Positions 63,360-64,000 of a DNA stretch of 64,000 bases are shown here, in pieces. A model generated the notes under the pieces. It searched no databases. It had not been told where the DNA came from and saw only the letters and a program-made list of their open reading frames with translations. The DNA comes from Nageia nagi (taxonomy: Eukaryota > Plantae > Pinophyta), in assembly GCA_050084985.1 (NCBI GenBank), contig JBITNC010000001.1, forward strand, positions 138,384,001 through 138,448,000, read 5' to 3'. A program made the position numbers and the translations under genes. Every line of letters starts with the position of its first letter. Within the stretch, counting starts at the first letter, position 1.

Positions 63360-64000
63360 ATAAATAGAATATAAATAAATATTTAATTTAAAAATAAGTG
63401 GTATCTTTCTATTAAATATCTTATTTTCTAGGATTAATTATATTTCCTTTTTATTATTTATAATAACTTATGGTATGCTAGGCTTTGTAGACTTTATTAA
63501 GTAGAACTTTTGTATACATTTAAACTATATCATAAAAGATTTCTTAAATTAGTCAAGAGTGTTAAATATATGAACCTCTTTAGTATGCACAAATTAATCA
63601 AAGAGTATAAGAGGTTAGGAGTGTCAAATACATATAACTTGTTGGTGTGCTTATCATACATCTAAATAGTACATTGCTAAAGGAAAATTATTACAATCTT
63701 TACACCAACAATTTAAAGATTCTTTATTTAAAAAGAATGTATTTATAAATATTCAAATATATAATTTTTATTGTAACACATTATCATATTCGTAACACCC
63801 TTACAAAGTAGAACATAATCAATTATCTTTTATTTTTTTTGATTATGTGTATTCTTTCTTCTCCATTATTGAAAATTCTTTATTTTATTATAATTATAAT
63901 TCTAACATTGTATTAATAACATATAAATCCAAATATCTTATGAATAAAATAAAATAAAAGCAAAGCATTGTACTCCTTAAAAATATAAAATTAATACTTG
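63360..64000 (+). repeat. Diverged direct copy of the sequence flanking element G (about 54570-54707 plus 61519-62000)
   Basis: Shared gtggtatcttt..attaaatatctta, gatttcttaaatta.tcaagag and ttattgaaaattc blocks in the same order. Confidence 0.8.

Overview
Eukaryotic, AT-rich, repeat-dense plant DNA. Very long TE-filled introns and the LTR families present suggest a large-genome gymnosperm (inference). The only clear host gene is a plus-strand KCBP/ZWICHEL-type kinesin-14 (MyTH4-FERM-coiled coil-C-terminal motor). I could splice 19 exons (4829-41090, about 1080 codons) into one uninterrupted frame; the 5' exons lie upstream of the window. The protein is unusually divergent for KCBP. It keeps all motor motifs, but its C-terminal calmodulin-binding helix lacks the YW anchor and the acidic coil is eroded. 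It needs two GC-AG introns. A 20-kb intron holds a hAT relic and a three-level nest: chromovirus > modular solo LTR > Tat element. A 7.2-kb intron holds a gag-protease-only Tat relic. Downstream are nested copia elements (one apparently non-autonomous), a hAT MITE, a MULE with possible captured cargo, and a duplicated empty-site copy. All homology calls are from remembered family motifs, not searches, and divergence values are eye counts.
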